Shown one piece after another: positions 46,169-56,614 of a DNA stretch of 64,000 nt. Position 1 is the stretch's first letter. Each line of letters begins with the position of its first letter. The position numbers and the translations under genes were made by a program. The DNA lies in assembly GCF_016903815.1 (NCBI RefSeq), contig NZ_CP069973.1, one strand, 5' to 3'. Origin of the DNA: Escherichia coli (GTDB taxonomy: Bacteria > Pseudomonadota > Gammaproteobacteria > Enterobacterales > Enterobacteriaceae). The notes beneath the pieces are model-generated. The model was given only the letters and a program-made list of their open reading frames with translations. It did no database searches and was not told the DNA's origin.

Positions 46169-46711
46169 TCACCGGATGATTGTTGCAATAACCAGTGGCA
46201 TCAGAGACTGAACAGCCGTTTTTAACGCAACGTATTGCTCTGATGTATCAGGCCGGGTAACCCGAAAACACCTTTCCACCCGACATTGTCCGCCCGTATC
46301 CATCCCCCGCCAGGTCTGCTGCAGTAAATCCACCACTTGCGAACATTGTTCATCAACTGTGACACTGGCTCGCGGGTGACAAATACTCGTCTGGCTGAGC
46401 AGCAACAGGCATCGCATTGTTGCTCCTCCATGTTGTTCCCGCAACCAGCGTAATACCACCGGCGATGATGGACTGGTCGTGTGATTACGCTCAGTAATAC
46501 GTTCATAAAAGGAAGTACAGAATGCATGAATCTGTTGCCCGTTGATGTTTCCTTCTGCCGAATGGAGCGTGAAGTGAAATGCCAGCAGACGCGGCCAGTG
46601 GTCCACCCCCTGCTGAACAAAACGCCGGATTTCCCCCGGCGCTGAAAGTAAGGCTTCGGTTATTTGCACTATTTTACCCCTGTGAATTTTGTTAAGCCGG
46701 TGCAGACACAC
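46169..46711 (-). CDS. hypothetical protein
   Basis: 180-aa ORF only; no recognisable motif. Confidence 0.3.
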   Translation of the reverse strand: MCLHRLNKIHRGKIVQITEALLSAPGEIRRFVQQGVDHWPRLLAFHFTLHSAEGNINGQQIHAFCTSFYERITERNHTTSPSSPVVLRWLREQHGGATMRCLLLLSQTSICHPRASVTVDEQCSQVVDLLQQTWRGMDTGGQCRVERCFRVTRPDTSEQYVALKTAVQSLMPLVIATIIR

Positions 46712-46936
46712 GGAAAACGCACATCAACACCAGCACAGTACGATACAAACACCAGTGACTGACGGGACGAAAGGAATAACGAATCAGTCAGGAAAGAGCT
46801 ACAACCTGCTGGCTGACCGGAGAGGGTCAGCAGGAAAATGAACGGTAATGTCGCCAGCACCAGGGACAGAGCTGATTTCCGCAATACCAGCGCCGGCATT
46901 TTGCACATTGCCAGCGTACCGGCATCACAACTCGTT

Positions 46937-47170
46937 TCATGCTGCTCCTCGTGATTCCTCAATTCGCTGCTGCATCCACTGCTCTACTTCACTTTTGTAC
47001 CAGCGGCTGCTGCGCCCCAGTTTGATGGGTTTAGGGAAATGGCCTTCACTGATCAGCTTGTAAAACCATTTGTCGGTCATACCAGTGAAGCTGGTGATGT
47101 AGTTCATGTCGATCAGGGGATCGTCGGCACGCAGCAATACGCTGTCGTGACCTGTCATTGAGGTCAACAT
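46937..47170 (-). CDS. alpA: AlpA-family phage transcriptional regulator
   Basis: ISEGHFPKPIKLGRSSRWYKSEVEQWM matches AlpA HTH pattern; start may be internal. Confidence 0.75.
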   Translation of the reverse strand: MLTSMTGHDSVLLRADDPLIDMNYITSFTGMTDKWFYKLISEGHFPKPIKLGRSSRWYKSEVEQWMQQRIEESRGAA

Positions 47171-47238
47171 GGTCAGAATGTCCTCTGTGAGATTTATGAA
47201 TGTTGGGCAAATGCGGGTGAATCTGCTGAGCTGAGCTT

Positions 47239-47841
47239 TCAGAGCTGGCCTGCTACGGGATACCAGGGATTACCGGCGAGGTAACGGGCTTCCGGATCGC
47301 GCACACCACGACGATCGCGGGCGAAATCACTGAACGCCCATATCAGCTCTTTGAGTCTCTCTTCGCAGTCCGGTGAACAACTGTCCAGCACCACATCCCG
47401 GGTGATCTGCTTCTGGTACGGTGCTGCTTCACCCGGTGATGCGAAGCCCAGTACGTTGCTCCAGGCATCCAGAATCAGCCGATCCAGTTCAGGGCCGTCG
47501 AAATACTCCTGTCTGACGCACAGCACCACGTGGTATTCCGGTTTTTCAGGATGACGTGTCAGGAGCCAGCAGAGGTCACGTCCGGGTGTTGCATTCATCA
47601 GCGCACTGACGGTTTCGATAAAGGCCATACCGAACCAGGTTTTTCTGTCGCTGAAGATGTTGCCATGTTCCCCCGGCAGACGAAGCAGGATCCGCCGTAT
47701 TCGGGAGCAGGACTGCTCGCGCAACACACGGTTGAGAACGCCGATGATTTTGTTCTGATAAGATGGCCAGAAGGGGGCCAGGCTATAGTCGAAATAAGGG
47801 ATAGCATTCATAAGATATGCTCCGTTATGCGCAGCCCACAA
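47239..47841 (-). CDS. inovirus Gp2-like (YagK/YfjJ family) protein
   Basis: Shares YHVVL..R motif pattern with the paralogs at 48069 and 51308. Confidence 0.55.
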   Translation of the reverse strand: MWAAHNGAYLMNAIPYFDYSLAPFWPSYQNKIIGVLNRVLREQSCSRIRRILLRLPGEHGNIFSDRKTWFGMAFIETVSALMNATPGRDLCWLLTRHPEKPEYHVVLCVRQEYFDGPELDRLILDAWSNVLGFASPGEAAPYQKQITRDVVLDSCSPDCEERLKELIWAFSDFARDRRGVRDPEARYLAGNPWYPVAGQL

Positions 47842-48068
47842 TGCGTCCTGCCCGTGAATAAGCTGACGTGTTATGGTTTGCGGATGGGGTTGATGGAATA
47901 AGTGAAGAACCGGGGCAGAACGGGAAGATCAGGTCACCGACAAGGGACAGAACACCGGATGTGGTTCAGAGTGAATGATCTCCGTTGACTTCAGTTCACA
48001 TCATTAAGCAAGGCGGTAAGGTTTTACCGACGGAATGTTTCCAGGACAGGAAGCTCAGGATTTAAGCT

Positions 48069-48635
48069 TCAGAAGTGAGGCTTACGAGGACGCCCTGCAG
48101 CAGGTCGTTCAGGAACTTCACTGCAACCGTATGCGCACAGTCCGTCTTTTTGCTCTTCTTTCGCCAGATAATGCAGGACACCGCGAATATTATCGATGCT
48201 CCCGGGATCGTTATGACGCACGGGAATGTTGATGTTGTATGTATAATGCGGCTGATATGTACAGCGGTGTGCCGAACCGCTGTTATGCGTAATAGACTGC
48301 CAGCATTCCGTAATCCGCTCCGCAAAGGGATATATTTTTTTAACCCTCTGACGATCGAGCCAGAAAACCGCATGCGCATGAAAACCATGATCAGCCGTCC
48401 ATTCAATCACCCAGAAGAAACCAACGATATTTTCAAATTGTTCCACCTGCTCCAGCAGCATACGCAACTGCAATTCAAGCCAGCGATGATCAGGTTGTAA
48501 GAAATCAGGCGTATCTTTCCTGTAGAAGAAATCCATGCGTAAGGCCCGCAGGCGGGAATAGCGTGCGACCAACTGATTGATGTGATTGTCAAGTAAAGCG
48601 GTAAAAAACCAGTTTGGTGTGTAAGATTTAGGCAT
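48069..48635 (-). CDS. inovirus Gp2-like (YagK/YfjJ family) protein
   Basis: LRALRMDFFYRKD ... FHAHAVFWLDRQ motifs. Confidence 0.65.
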   Translation of the reverse strand: MPKSYTPNWFFTALLDNHINQLVARYSRLRALRMDFFYRKDTPDFLQPDHRWLELQLRMLLEQVEQFENIVGFFWVIEWTADHGFHAHAVFWLDRQRVKKIYPFAERITECWQSITHNSGSAHRCTYQPHYTYNINIPVRHNDPGSIDNIRGVLHYLAKEEQKDGLCAYGCSEVPERPAAGRPRKPHF

Positions 48636-50179
48636 GCTGATGACTCCTGAAAGTTAATGACGTTTTAAGTGCTGTAAACGAATTAATGCTTTCGCTCATA
48701 ATCAGATCTAAAACGGTAATAACTTACAGACGGTATTTATCAGGCATGCTGTAACAGAATGGATACGTCGGTTATTAACGACACACAGCGTTGTGCTGAA
48801 GGGTATGAGTTATCTGATGGCATTGTCTATAGAGATGAGATAAACGAGGTGCGAAGAAAATACAGATTCAATACAACACAGTGAAATACAGAAAAATACG
48901 AACTGTAATCCCGCTGCCAGGCGGTTAGGAAACATATTACAACTATAAGCTCATGGTTTGTAAATTTGCTCTCAGTGAGTCTGAAAAAACGTTTATAAGG
49001 TCACCACAATAAACTCACACGCGCTTATTCAATCTGTTCTCCAGGATATGAACGTTAACGACACACGATAGCATAAGACAACATACAATGGATGAATAAT
49101 TTTCACCCAGTACCTTAAACAATACAACCGGCAACAAATATAATCAGAAATTCACTCTGTTAATTCTGTTGTTTATCCTGCGCTGTTAAACATGACGGAA
49201 CCATGGATACCTTATCAAAGAGTAAGCATTCAGTTAATCAGTAATGACAGAGAAATTGATGTTCACCAGAATAGTTAAAACACTTCAGATAAACAATCAT
49301 TGTTAAGCAAATACGGTTCATAATGGATAAATTAGAATCAATTACTGTTTTACTGAAGATGAGAATAGATGAATATCAACAATAGCGTAGTAGAGAATAA
49401 CTTACCTGAACATCATATGAGTTACAGTAGTTATGATTGAGGGATGGAGTGAATACGATAACAAGAGTAATACTAATGGAATGTGTAAAGATTGAGAGTG
49501 AGTGAAGACAGGAAGTAAATAACAATAGAGATTGTATGAAAAAGGGAGTGAATAAAGAATATATAAAGAATAAATATAATTATAGTAATAAACCTAAATT
49601 AAAATCATCCTTGTTTGATGAGTAAAAATAATTCTAGAAAATGAATCTGTCTGAAAACTCTTTCTCAGAGATTAACCGATCAGATGCTCAACGGACTCAA
49701 TAAATTGGCTGAGTCAGGTTACCTCATCCACACTCTATTTGTTTCTAGAAGGATCTACCATTTTGTTCATCTACCGGAACACATCAATTTAGTAACTCGA
49801 TAATATCGGTTATGTAGATATTTATCGTTGCTACCAATGCCTAGATTATTATTCTCCAAGTATTTTCTTGACTTACAGGCTAATTTTGAAACAAATGTCA
49901 TGCTATTTTAGGAAAAGAACCTATGCAAAAGTCTGCTATGAGCGAGGAGCAGATATTCATCTGGTATACAAAGACAATATCGCTTAAGTCATCAGTGCTG
50001 CCACTTTAACCACTAGCTCTGCTCTTTTTGGACTTTTGAGCTAAAAATTAAATCTGACAGTGTGATAAGGTGCAAGTTTCTGAAAATACGCCAGTTGTTT
50101 TACACTCAAAAGCCCCCATTACTATCTGATGTTAATGGCGCAGCAGTTATCTTTCAGATTATTAAGGGGAAACAAGAGT

Positions 50180-50884
50180 ATGGCAAGATGTACAGCTCCT
50201 GTACGTGGACATAGCTCAGCAGCAGCTGCTGCTGCCTGTCCCGCATGTCGTAATCGCAGTGGTTATCGCCGCAGTAGCTACAGTTATGATAGTTACCCTT
50301 CTTACTCATCAGGCTCTAGCGGTGGCGGAAGTTATGGAGGCAGTAGCGGTGGTTCCAGCAGCAGCGCGAAGCCACGTTGGTCAAAATCAGGGTCTTCCGT
50401 TTCTTACACAACAGCCCAAGTACAATCACTCACACCAATTCGACAAGCGGTAGAGAAACTTGCCATTGAGCAACCTGATCTGCGTGATGTCTTTCTTTGC
50501 CATGCTTGGGATGACCGACAAGGTATTGCCAAAGAGTTACACGATTTGCTCGAAGCGGCAGGTGTCAAAGTATGGTTCAGCGAAAAGGATCTTGCCCTTG
50601 GTGTTCCGATGATGCGTGCCATTGATAAAGGATTAGCAAACTCTCGAATCGGCTTGGTTTTAGTGACACCTGCATTGTTAAACCGTCTTCCTAAAGAAGG
50701 CGTTGCTGATAAAGAACTTTCCGCCTTACTGGCAGGCAACCAACTCGTTCCCATCGTGCATAACACGACGTATGAAGCTCTCCGTAATGTCAGTCCTTTG
50801 CTTGCATCCCGAAGCGGCCTCGACACGGGAGAAGATACATTGGCAGTTGTTGCAACAAAAATTGCAGAGCTGATCACTGTTTAG
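50180..50884 (+). CDS. TIR-domain protein with Ser/Gly/Tyr-rich low-complexity N-terminus
   Basis: RBS aagggga then ATG; TIR-like motifs DVFLCHAWDD, VWFSEKDLALG, SRIGLVLVTPALL. Confidence 0.7.
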   Translation: MARCTAPVRGHSSAAAAAACPACRNRSGYRRSSYSYDSYPSYSSGSSGGGSYGGSSGGSSSSAKPRWSKSGSSVSYTTAQVQSLTPIRQAVEKLAIEQPDLRDVFLCHAWDDRQGIAKELHDLLEAAGVKVWFSEKDLALGVPMMRAIDKGLANSRIGLVLVTPALLNRLPKEGVADKELSALLAGNQLVPIVHNTTYEALRNVSPLLASRSGLDTGEDTLAVVATKIAELITV

Positions 50885-51307
50885 TTTATCCAAGCCACCG
50901 TTAAATATTTCCAGCTCATGAATCTGGTCTGCTATTGCAGGCCAGATATCAGTCAATACTGAAAGGTTTGACCTGCTCCCCGTTGATTAACATAGACTGA
51001 TATAGCAACTTCCGCTTTTGGCACAAAGCAGACCATGAGAAGATAGACGCTATAACATTTGAGTCCTACCAATCGATCTGTTCATTTCCATAAATGGCAG
51101 TAAATGCAAATAACCAGAACAGCCAGGCGCTTTTCGACTTATGGTCGATGTTGCAAAGAGTGAGGAGTGGAAAGCAAGCGTGCGAACGAAAGTAGATGGC
51201 AATCCATTGCATTACTTCAGGACGACTTTTCAGAAAGCGAGCTAAGGGCGTCAGCCAACGCCCTTACCGTGGCATAAGCTCAGGCACCGGATGCCGTTTT
51301 ACAGGGC

Positions 51308-52039
51308 TCACCTGCCATCCAGTAAACGCCCCGGCCCACGACTGCAACCATAATTACGTTGACCAGAACCGTCATGCTGCTTCGTCTCATACTTCACGAG
51401 ATAACAGGCTCTCTCCATGGCTTTCTGCATCGCTTCCACATCACCACGCTTGACCCAGAGCACAGCGGATCCACCAGATTTTTTGTCAGAAGCTTTCCGG
51501 GTATCAGAACATCCACCCGACAAAGGCGTATCATCGGAAGAAGGGCGAGCATCAGATGATGCCGGTTTACGGAAAGGCGTCCGCCTGGAAAAATGAACCA
51601 GTCCATTACCCTGCCAGGGTTCAAGATGCAGAGCGCTACACCATGCCAGCTTGATCAGCGTCGCCAGCGAAGAAGGAACGGTGAAATCCCCTAGCGAGCA
51701 CCAGGTATCTTTGTTGAGCAGTAATATCACGTGATAATGTTTCCTGCCTTTTTCCTTGCCAAACTCCCGACACCAGAAATAACGCAGAGTGGTTGCACGC
51801 ACACGCTTGTTGGCACGTCGTTTATGTCGCTGGTAAGCCTGAATTTTTGCTTTCAGGGATTCGAAAAAACGAGAAATCACCGCTGAATCCGAATCGGGAT
51901 CCATGATGGTGACAGGCATATACTCAGGGAAACGTAAATCCATCCGGATTAACGAGACGACACGGTGTTGCGCCAGGGCACTGTTGAGAATACTTTCAAA
52001 ACGGGATAACCAGTAAGCATTGTGTATTGGTTGATTCAT
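51308..52039 (-). CDS. inovirus Gp2-like (YagK/YfjJ family) protein
   Basis: VSLIRMDLRFPEY ... HYHVILLLNKD motifs. Confidence 0.65.
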   Translation of the reverse strand: MNQPIHNAYWLSRFESILNSALAQHRVVSLIRMDLRFPEYMPVTIMDPDSDSAVISRFFESLKAKIQAYQRHKRRANKRVRATTLRYFWCREFGKEKGRKHYHVILLLNKDTWCSLGDFTVPSSLATLIKLAWCSALHLEPWQGNGLVHFSRRTPFRKPASSDARPSSDDTPLSGGCSDTRKASDKKSGGSAVLWVKRGDVEAMQKAMERACYLVKYETKQHDGSGQRNYGCSRGPGRLLDGR

Positions 52040-52883
52040 GATGAGAGATCTCCGTTGATTTGGATTGACTTCACATCATTAATCACCGCGGTAAAACTTT
52101 ACGGCATCCCGCCATTGAGCAACGCCAATGGCTCCTGATTAAAACAGAATGAATCCCCCACGAAGAAAAAATAAACCTACACGCAGAGTAAAACACACAA
52201 CAACGGCATAAATGGTTTTTAAAAACTACAAAGCCTGAAGGGAAACGGATCCACAGAACGTGCAAACAAAACACCAAAAACGCAATCAGAACGCTTTCTG
52301 CTGCTGTGAATCAACAACAATACCAAAACCTACAGCTTAACCACAAAACTCAATCACAGAGCCGAATAGCGTGTTTAAAACCTGTTTACAGATAACCCTG
52401 CCACAAGAACAAAGTTCACCAATATCAGAATCGATTTTCTCATCCTGAAAATGTTACGTTTCACTACACAGCATAAAAACGATTAACTATTGATAACGTA
52501 AACCTCATCTGAATCAAAACACCAGAACCAATCATCACGCTTTTCCTGAAAAGAGCCTTGCGCTGAGAAAAAACACCAGGGTCAGTTAATCATCTCATCA
52601 ATCTCATCGTTACAAAAACATCCATAAAACCATTTAACAAAATCATCGTAAGCACACAGTAAATCACGCCAGGTTATCTCAGCCAAATTTTCGTTTTACA
52701 TAAAGACACTTGTCTCAGGTTAACGACTAAAAACACAAAAACTCAGAAAAGGTTAAACGTAACTTCAGAAAAATAGAATATCATATTGATTGCTTAAACA
52801 GGAAAGATTGTTTTGTAGTAGCATTAAGCTGATTTTAGTTAACGTAAAAACAGGACTGACAGGTTTACTAAACTGGATGTGTA

Positions 52884-53100
52884 TCAGACAAAGCAATGTG
52901 TATAACAATACTTAATGAAAACACTTGTAGAATTGTTTATGAAAATACGTGTATGTCTGGTAAAACACTTAGTAGAAAATACGTGTATAACACTTACTGA
53001 AATGCTTAGTAAAAATACTTAGTAAAATATGTGTAGAATTATCTATTTAAAAAGATATGTATATAACACTTAATAAAAACATGTGTATATAGTATCATAC
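52884..53100. repeat. iteron-like array of degenerate direct repeats in AT-rich intergenic DNA
   Basis: Recurring GTGTATAACA(A/C)T..A.TGAAAA and TGTAGAATT.T.TAT..AAAA units, 2-3 copies each. Confidence 0.4.
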
Positions 53101-53730
53101 CGACATTCTCAACATCTTCAGACTTCCATACATACTGGGTGTTGATTTCTCACTTTTACAGCCAGCATGGAGTTTTCTGTCCTAAAAACAGAGCAGATTT
53201 ACTCTGGAATTATTTTTCTACCCCCGTATTTCAGGCCCCAGAAAAGACAATCCGAAGCAAACCGTTTGTCAGCCTCCATATCATCTTTTACCCCCGGAAA
53301 GTGATCGCGTTTACAACCAGAATGACAGCCATACTGATTATGTCGTCTCCCGGCCCCCTTCACATATAACATGCATGTCTGTCATTGCTTACTGCTCCAC
53401 ATGACCGGATTTCACATACAGGATGCACATTCAGTGTTTTTATCGCTACTATAACAGACAGATTACTGTCGTCTTTACTCTTCAGATTGTTAATCTGACC
53501 ACAAGAACAGCCGAACGGCAAAACGCCCTCCACAAGGGGCACATGAACCATAGTTGATAGCATGTTTTTCCTAATCAAGGAATAGTTCAGGAATATTTTA
53601 TTGCATTAATAACTGGCGAATAATCGTTCTGTGAACACAAAATGCTTTTATTTGTAAATTTTATTGCATTGCACTCGTTTTATTGATATGGGGTTTAATA
53701 ACAGATAACCCGGAAAGAAGGAGAAAACAG

Positions 53731-54522
53731 ATGACATTACGGATTAACGATCAGGGGCGAGATAAACAGAATCAATTTTTATCGAAAAATGGAGAAAATC
53801 TGAATTCGTTAAAATCGCGTCATGTGCAGGATAGGCATTTACCTGAATGGCTTAAGGATAAAGTTGCAGCATTCTGGTTTTGTCTGGTGATAAAGGATAT
53901 GAAAGTGTCAGGGAGCAGTTACTATGAACTTACCATGCAACTTCCCACTTCTGAAGAATCTGTTTGCATCAGTAAGCTGTCATCCTCAACCCATGAGATT
54001 CGGCTGGAGATCATCAGGCGATGGATTGATAGTGTAGCGCAGATAGAAACGGAAGCTTTTACTAAAAATCTCGTTGATGCCATCTATAAAAACTGGAAGG
54101 AAATCGGGAACAAAAACCAGGCCACATGGCTTAAAAAAAATCCGGAACAACTCGAGTGGGCATGGAAATATATTAACATTCGTATTCCCGAGTCACATTT
54201 AACCTGGTTTTGCCCCGTCAATAACGAAGAGAAACGCATTGCCATCTTAGCATTGCTTAAAATACTGTATCCCGGAGATATACCATGCCAGTACAACGAC
54301 AAAGAGTTTCATGTCGGGATCTGCGCTGAAGAACATTTTTACAGAAGAATGCACGACGCTTTCAGAAAACAGTTTATCGACGGGAAAAAAGATAAACGGG
54401 TACAAATTAACGTAAAGATATCACCGTCCGCAAAAAGCGCTCTGGACAGACTGACCAGAGCGAGGAAAACAACACAGCAGGCTATTCTGGAACAACTGAT
54501 TCTGAACGGTAGACTGGATTAA
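53731..54522 (+). CDS. hypothetical protein with C-terminal RHH/HTH-like tail
   Basis: RBS aaggag then ATG; tail ...SAKSALDRLTRARKTTQQAILEQLIL; contains an A8 homopolymer at 54133-54140. Confidence 0.5.
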   Translation: MTLRINDQGRDKQNQFLSKNGENLNSLKSRHVQDRHLPEWLKDKVAAFWFCLVIKDMKVSGSSYYELTMQLPTSEESVCISKLSSSTHEIRLEIIRRWIDSVAQIETEAFTKNLVDAIYKNWKEIGNKNQATWLKKNPEQLEWAWKYINIRIPESHLTWFCPVNNEEKRIAILALLKILYPGDIPCQYNDKEFHVGICAEEHFYRRMHDAFRKQFIDGKKDKRVQINVKISPSAKSALDRLTRARKTTQQAILEQLILNGRLD

Positions 54523-55505
54523 CTTTCACTACTTCCACTCCTGGCAGTTTTCCTCTTTTTGTAGTGTCTCCCGGCTGCAGGCATCAGGTACTTTTCCGTC
54601 ATTTCGTTGCAGAACTCTTCAATGTAGTTAATCAGCTTCTGGTGTGCTTTCACCTTTTCTTCCCCGGGGGACGCTTTCAGATAAATGTCCTCCTTTTCCA
54701 CAAGTGTATTTATAAACTCTCCCGGACATCCCTGGTTATAAAGCAACGTGAAAAACAACACATTCCCCAGTCTCTCCAGTAACTGCGATTTAACCCTGTA
54801 TTGTTGTTTGCTGAGGATTGATTGTTTTATAAAGCTTAGTCTTGTTAAAAGTTGTTCAAATCCCGGTTCCAGTTTAAAAACAGATTTTAATACCAGGGAC
54901 TGATACTCCTGATAAAAAAGTTCAAACGTCGGGGATGCAGACTGACGAACAGATTTGGCTACAACCCATGGACTAAATCCCATGATTGGGATTTCCTTCG
55001 CTCCCTCCAGCGCACTCAGAGGTAGTCCAGCAATCCATGCGTCCAGCTTAGCCGAATCAATATCCCCGCTCAAAACCTCATACAAACTGCCCGTGAACGG
55101 TTGAGTCGGTTTTTTTGTTGTTTTACCTTCTGATTGCCTGAATCCATCCACTTTTCTCCGGATATTACGCGGAATCAGCATAAAAGGCGGGACATTAAGT
55201 GATAAACGTTTACCCGTCATACGATACCAGTGGCCCACCTCAACCTTAATCCGTGTATCTGGCCTTGTATCTGGCCTTGTATCTGGCCTTAGCTCAAGTG
55301 CTATTATGTTAAGCAGGTACAGATAACGCACCGTATAACAGTCAAAATGTTTCTCCGGATCAAACGGCTCTGATCGTTCTCTGCACACAAGTCCGCTGCG
55401 CTTCAGTATTCGCTGGGTATCTTTCCAGGCCTTACTCTGAAGAATGGTGGTAACTCTGGCTTTATTAGCAATCTCACGCAGCGCATCACTTTGTTGTGCC
55501 GTCAT
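54519..55505 (-). CDS. hypothetical protein containing (RPDT)x3 tandem repeat
   Basis: ORF with RBS ggaggg before MTAQQSD; convergent with, and 4-nt overlapping, the previous gene. Confidence 0.5.
   Translation of the reverse strand: MTAQQSDALREIANKARVTTILQSKAWKDTQRILKRSGLVCRERSEPFDPEKHFDCYTVRYLYLLNIIALELRPDTRPDTRPDTRIKVEVGHWYRMTGKRLSLNVPPFMLIPRNIRRKVDGFRQSEGKTTKKPTQPFTGSLYEVLSGDIDSAKLDAWIAGLPLSALEGAKEIPIMGFSPWVVAKSVRQSASPTFELFYQEYQSLVLKSVFKLEPGFEQLLTRLSFIKQSILSKQQYRVKSQLLERLGNVLFFTLLYNQGCPGEFINTLVEKEDIYLKASPGEEKVKAHQKLINYIEEFCNEMTEKYLMPAAGRHYKKRKTARSGSSES
55253..55292. repeat. 12-bp in-frame tandem repeat (tggccttgtatc, about 3 units)
   Basis: Seen directly; encodes RPDTRPDTRPDT on the minus strand. 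Confidence 0.6.
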
Positions 55506-55611
55506 CTCTTCCCTCCACACTTTGTCACTCCAGATTTTTTCACGTCCATATTACCTGAATGATAAACCGGATTAGTGTGATCCGGTTCAGCGAAATCAAC
55601 AGGATACCGGT

Positions 55612-56496
55612 ATGTCATTCAGCCATTCTTCCCTCTCTGCACAAGTGAAATCATATCTGACGTTTCTTCCTGAAGAAATTCGCCAGAAAATCCTTGAACA
55701 TCTCCACGGTGTTATTCATTACGAGCCCGTGATTGGCATTATGGGTAAATCCGGCACAGGCAAAAGCAGCCTGTGTAATGCCATTTTTCAGTCCCGTATC
55801 TGCGCCACGCATCCCCTGAACGGCTGCACCCGCCAGGCTCATCGTCTTACCCTGCAGCTCGGTGAACGCAGAATGACGCTGGTCGATCTGCCCGGCATTG
55901 GTGAAACACCGCAGCATGATCAGGAATACCGGACACTTTATCGTCAGCTGCTACCGGAACTGGATCTGATTATCTGGATCCTACGGGCTGATGAACGTGC
56001 GTATGCTGCCGATATTGCCATGCATCAGTTTTTACTGAATGAAGGTGCAGATCCCTCGCGTTTTCTGTTTGTTCTCAGCCATGCCGATCGCGTGTTTCCT
56101 GCTGAAGAATGGAACGACACAGAAAAATGCCCGTCCCGTCAGCAGGCGCTCTCACTGGCGACGGTGACAGCCCGGGTGGCAACCCTGTTCCCTTCATCAT
56201 TTCCGGTACTCTCCGTTGCTGCACCTGTCGGCTGGAACCTTCCGGCGTTTGTGTCGCTGATGATCCACGCACTGCCACCACAGGCAACCAGCGCGGTGTA
56301 TTCACATATCCGGGGAGAAAACCGCTCTGAACAGGCCCAGAAACACGCACAACAGACTTTTGGTGACGCCATCGGGAAAAGCTTTGACGCTGCCGTTGTC
56401 CGGTTCAGTTTTCCGGCCTGGATGTTACAGCTTCTCCGTAAAGCCCGGGACCGCATTATCCACCTGCTGGTCACACTGTGGGATCGTCTGTTCTGA
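55612..56496 (+). CDS. YeeP/YkfA/YfjP-family GTPase
   Basis: P-loop GIMGKSGTGKSS; CP4-type backbone position. Confidence 0.8.
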   Translation: MSFSHSSLSAQVKSYLTFLPEEIRQKILEHLHGVIHYEPVIGIMGKSGTGKSSLCNAIFQSRICATHPLNGCTRQAHRLTLQLGERRMTLVDLPGIGETPQHDQEYRTLYRQLLPELDLIIWILRADERAYAADIAMHQFLLNEGADPSRFLFVLSHADRVFPAEEWNDTEKCPSRQQALSLATVTARVATLFPSSFPVLSVAAPVGWNLPAFVSLMIHALPPQATSAVYSHIRGENRSEQAQKHAQQTFGDAIGKSFDAAVVRFSFPAWMLQLLRKARDRIIHLLVTLWDRLF

Positions 56497-56614
56497 GCGC
56501 CCCGGAGTCCCCCGTGGCAACCGTATACCTTTACACGACAACGGATTACGGTAACCACTGCCGTATACCGTCTGTCATTATCAATAACACGCTCTTTAAT
56601 TTCAGAGGTCAGTC

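Noticed and set aside
50210-50240. 20-bp palindrome gcagcagcagctgctgctgc as a regulatory site
   Set aside because: Lies inside the TIR ORF and simply encodes an Ala run (SAAAAAAC); more likely codon repetition than an operator, though it could promote slippage
52884-53100. Possible CRISPR array
   Set aside because: Repeats are degenerate, AT-rich and irregularly spaced without unique spacers of constant length; no cas genes anywhere in the window
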